From the NCBI RefSeq assembly GCF_006345805.1, contig NC_043005.1, positions 98,580,001-98,644,000 on the forward strand: DNA of 64,000 nucleotides, in the 5' to 3' direction. Of the stretch, positions 61,753 to 64,000 are shown piece after piece (the stretch's first letter is position 1; every line of letters starts with the position of its first letter). The stretch is from Octopus sinensis (taxonomy: Eukaryota). Both the position numbers and the translations under genes were made by a program. The notes under the pieces were generated by a model. The model did not search any database. It saw nothing but the letters and a program-made list of their open reading frames with translations, and was not told where the DNA came from.

Positions 61753-64000
61753 TGTTGTGAAGGGATTCTGACCACCCACCAAGTGATTAAAAGGTGAACT
61801 GACTTATTATTATTAAAAAACTGTGGGCGATTGGCCGTTCAGGTTGGTAAGCAGTTCACTGTAAGCTGAGAGCATTGAGTCTTGTGTAATGTTAATAGTA
61901 GCGTCATGTATATACAAGGGTTGGACAAAATAATGGAAACTCCTTAAAATTTCAAATAAATTTATTTTAATATGGGGTAGGACTGCCTTTGGCAGTAATT
62001 ACAGCTTGAATTCTATGAGGTATGGACTTGTACAAAGTTTGAATTGTTTCCAATGGAATTTTTGTCCATTCTTCAGCTAAAACAGTCTCCAGTTTTTGTA
62101 GTGATGATGGTGGAGGAGATCAACTCCTTACTTGTTTTTCTAAAATGCACCATAAATGTTCAATAATATTGAGATCTGGGAACTGTGGTGGCCAGATAAG
62201 ATGTTCAACTTCACTAGAATGTCCCTTGTGCCATTCAGTAAGAACTTTAGCTGTGTCAATTAGTGCATTTTCATCCTGAAAAATTGCATTTCCCTCCAGA
62301 ATCAGTTCCGCAACAATAAGATGAATTTGATTTTATAAAATGCATAAATAGTTTTGACTATTAATCCTGCCATGAAGGGAAACCATTGGGCTGGCGAATT
62401 TCCAAGATATGGCCCCCCAGATCATCACAGATCCTCCTCCATGTTTAACAGTTGGAAGAAGGCAGTCTGGGTCAAATGCTTCTTTTGGCCATCTCCACAC
62501 GTATACCCGGCTGGTGGTTGGAAATAGGGTGAAGAATGACTCGTCTGAGAAATTACCATTCTTCCACTGCTCTAGGGACCATTTCTATAGGTTTTTACTC
62601 CACTCTAAATGCTTTGCAACATTTGTTTTTGAAAGTAGTGGTTTTCTGATTGCAGCCCTCCCCTGAAATCTGGCTTTGTACAGATTCTGGCAAACAATTT
62701 TTGTGGAAACTGGGTTCTTGAGGTGGCCATTGAGCTCTGCAGTAATTTTGAGAGCTGTACTTTTGTGATCCTTTCTAACAATTCACATAACAGTCCAATG
62801 GTCTCTGTCTGAAAATTTTGGTTTTCTTCCGGAGTTTTGTTTCCAGGAGGAGGTTTTTTCCCTCTTTCTCAAAGGCTCTCACTACTTTCAAGACAGTACT
62901 TCTTGATACACCAAACATTTTAGCTGTTTTCGTTATGCCATACAAGCACCAACAATTTGACTTCTTTGAAAGTCCGATAGATCTGTCATTGTAATGAATT
63001 TTAATTACCTTTTTCTGATGATATCTGAAAAGAAACAGCAATTTTAGCAAAACATATTAAGCAACACTAATAATATATCAAAAAACAAAAATAAACAAGC
63101 TTTTGATGGTTTTATAGATATTTCAAAACTATGATGCTATGTGTTTCCATTATTTTGTCCAACCACTGTACTTTTTTCCTGCCGCACTTTGTTATATATC
63201 CAATACAAGGATATAAAAGTGGCGATGAGATGTTTGAAGCTTGCATTGGATGTTTAAAATTTTGTTTTGGAAACCAAAGAAAAATATCATTTGACATGGA
63301 GAACTTATTGGTCTCTGTGGTGCAGTTGCAACAGCAGCAGTAGCAACTACAACAAAAACCACAAAACCAACAGTTGCTGGAATTAATGTTGAGGAAGTCT
63401 GAAAATACCTCAGGTTTGTACTCGCTAGACAGCATAGCAAACTCAATTGGCGAATTCAAATATAACCCAGAAGAAGGCATTACCTTCTCTGCATATTTTC
63501 GAAGATATGAAGAAATCTTCAAAAAAGCGTGTAAAAGTTGGTCCAGCATGAAAAAATTACAACTACTTTTAAGAAAGTTATCCCCTATCGAACATGAAAA
63601 ATATAGTAATTATATTCTGCCAAAGAAACCAGGTGAGATTTGTTTTGATGAAACAATATTTTATTGAAAATGTTCAGGGAAAAATGCTCCCTTTTCAATA
63701 CTCACTGGCAATGTTTAAATTTGGTCTAAAGAGATGATTTTGTCACCTATGCCAGAGTGGTTAACAGATAGTGAGAGAAACTCAAATTGAATGCATTGAC
63801 CCCCAATATGTTCCAGTGTTTAATTTTTGTTCATGGGCTTACTGCAAACAGAGATGCAGATATATGTTCTCAGATATTAACAAAATTAGAACAGGACCAA
63901 AATTTAACTCTCCAGGCAGTAGCAGAAGAATGTCAGGGGATTATAAATCTGACATGAATCAAATAAAATTGAAGATAAAGATTGCTTTCATGTTCAAGCA
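61753..64000 (+). mobile_element. Ty3/gypsy LTR retrotransposon 5' part: putative LTR (split by Tc1), PBS 63220-63230, degenerate gag from 63296
   Basis: TGGCGATGAG PBS-like motif right after ...GGATATAAAA. Gag MENLL...QQ*Q...SIANSIGEFKYNPEEGITFSAYFRRYEEIF...KLQLLLRKLSPIEHEKYSNYILPKKP, with stops and frameshifts. The LTR start is inferred. Confidence 0.75.
61913..63170 (-). mobile_element. Tc1-family transposon, full TIRs, degenerate transposase
   Basis: TA-CAAGGGTTGGACAAAATAATGGAAAC / GTTTCCATTATTTTGTCCAACCACTG-TA. Minus-strand motifs MTDLSDFQRSQIVGA, GVSRSTV, FSDES, VKHGGGSVMIWG, QDENA, WPPQFPDLNIIEHLW. Confidence 0.92.

Larger units (their letters stand above)
17858..64000 (+). other. RIC1: Putative RIC1 intron 1 (>46 kb, runs off the window)
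   Basis: GTGAGT donor at 17858. By eye I found no exon encoding the expected next segment (P..IV...W[RK]PDS..IAV). The region is TE-rich and CpG-depleted. Confidence 0.6.

Noticed and set aside
1-64000. CRISPR array or prokaryotic operon/defence system
   Set aside because: No regularly spaced repeat-spacer array and no gene-dense region; the sequence is eukaryotic.

Overview
AT-rich, repeat-dense eukaryotic DNA. The SINE and transposon repertoire and (TA)n microsatellites look like an octopus/coleoid cephalopod genome (inference). The only host coding exon I can support is the first exon of RIC1 (RAB6A GEF subunit; 17717-17857, +). It is preceded by a CpG-retaining promoter with an inverted CCAAT pair. 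I could not find exon 2, so intron 1 appears to exceed 46 kb. The rest is a nested TE graveyard: several tRNA-derived SINE families, mariner/Tc1 relics and MITEs, hAT, piggyBac and pogo MITEs, a Helitron, a Chapaev-like relic, CR1/RTE/L1 LINE fragments, Ty3/gypsy fragments and a tRNA-Phe pseudogene. The most interesting signal is a set of short Penelope-like elements, mostly fold-backs, carrying minimal type I hammerhead ribozyme motifs with different cores: canonical at ~60.7 kb, a U4C variant at ~14.4 kb, and an apparent compensatory C3G/G8C swap at ~42.0 kb. Several near-identical tandem duplications are probably assembly artefacts. Most ORFs in the supplied track are spurious.
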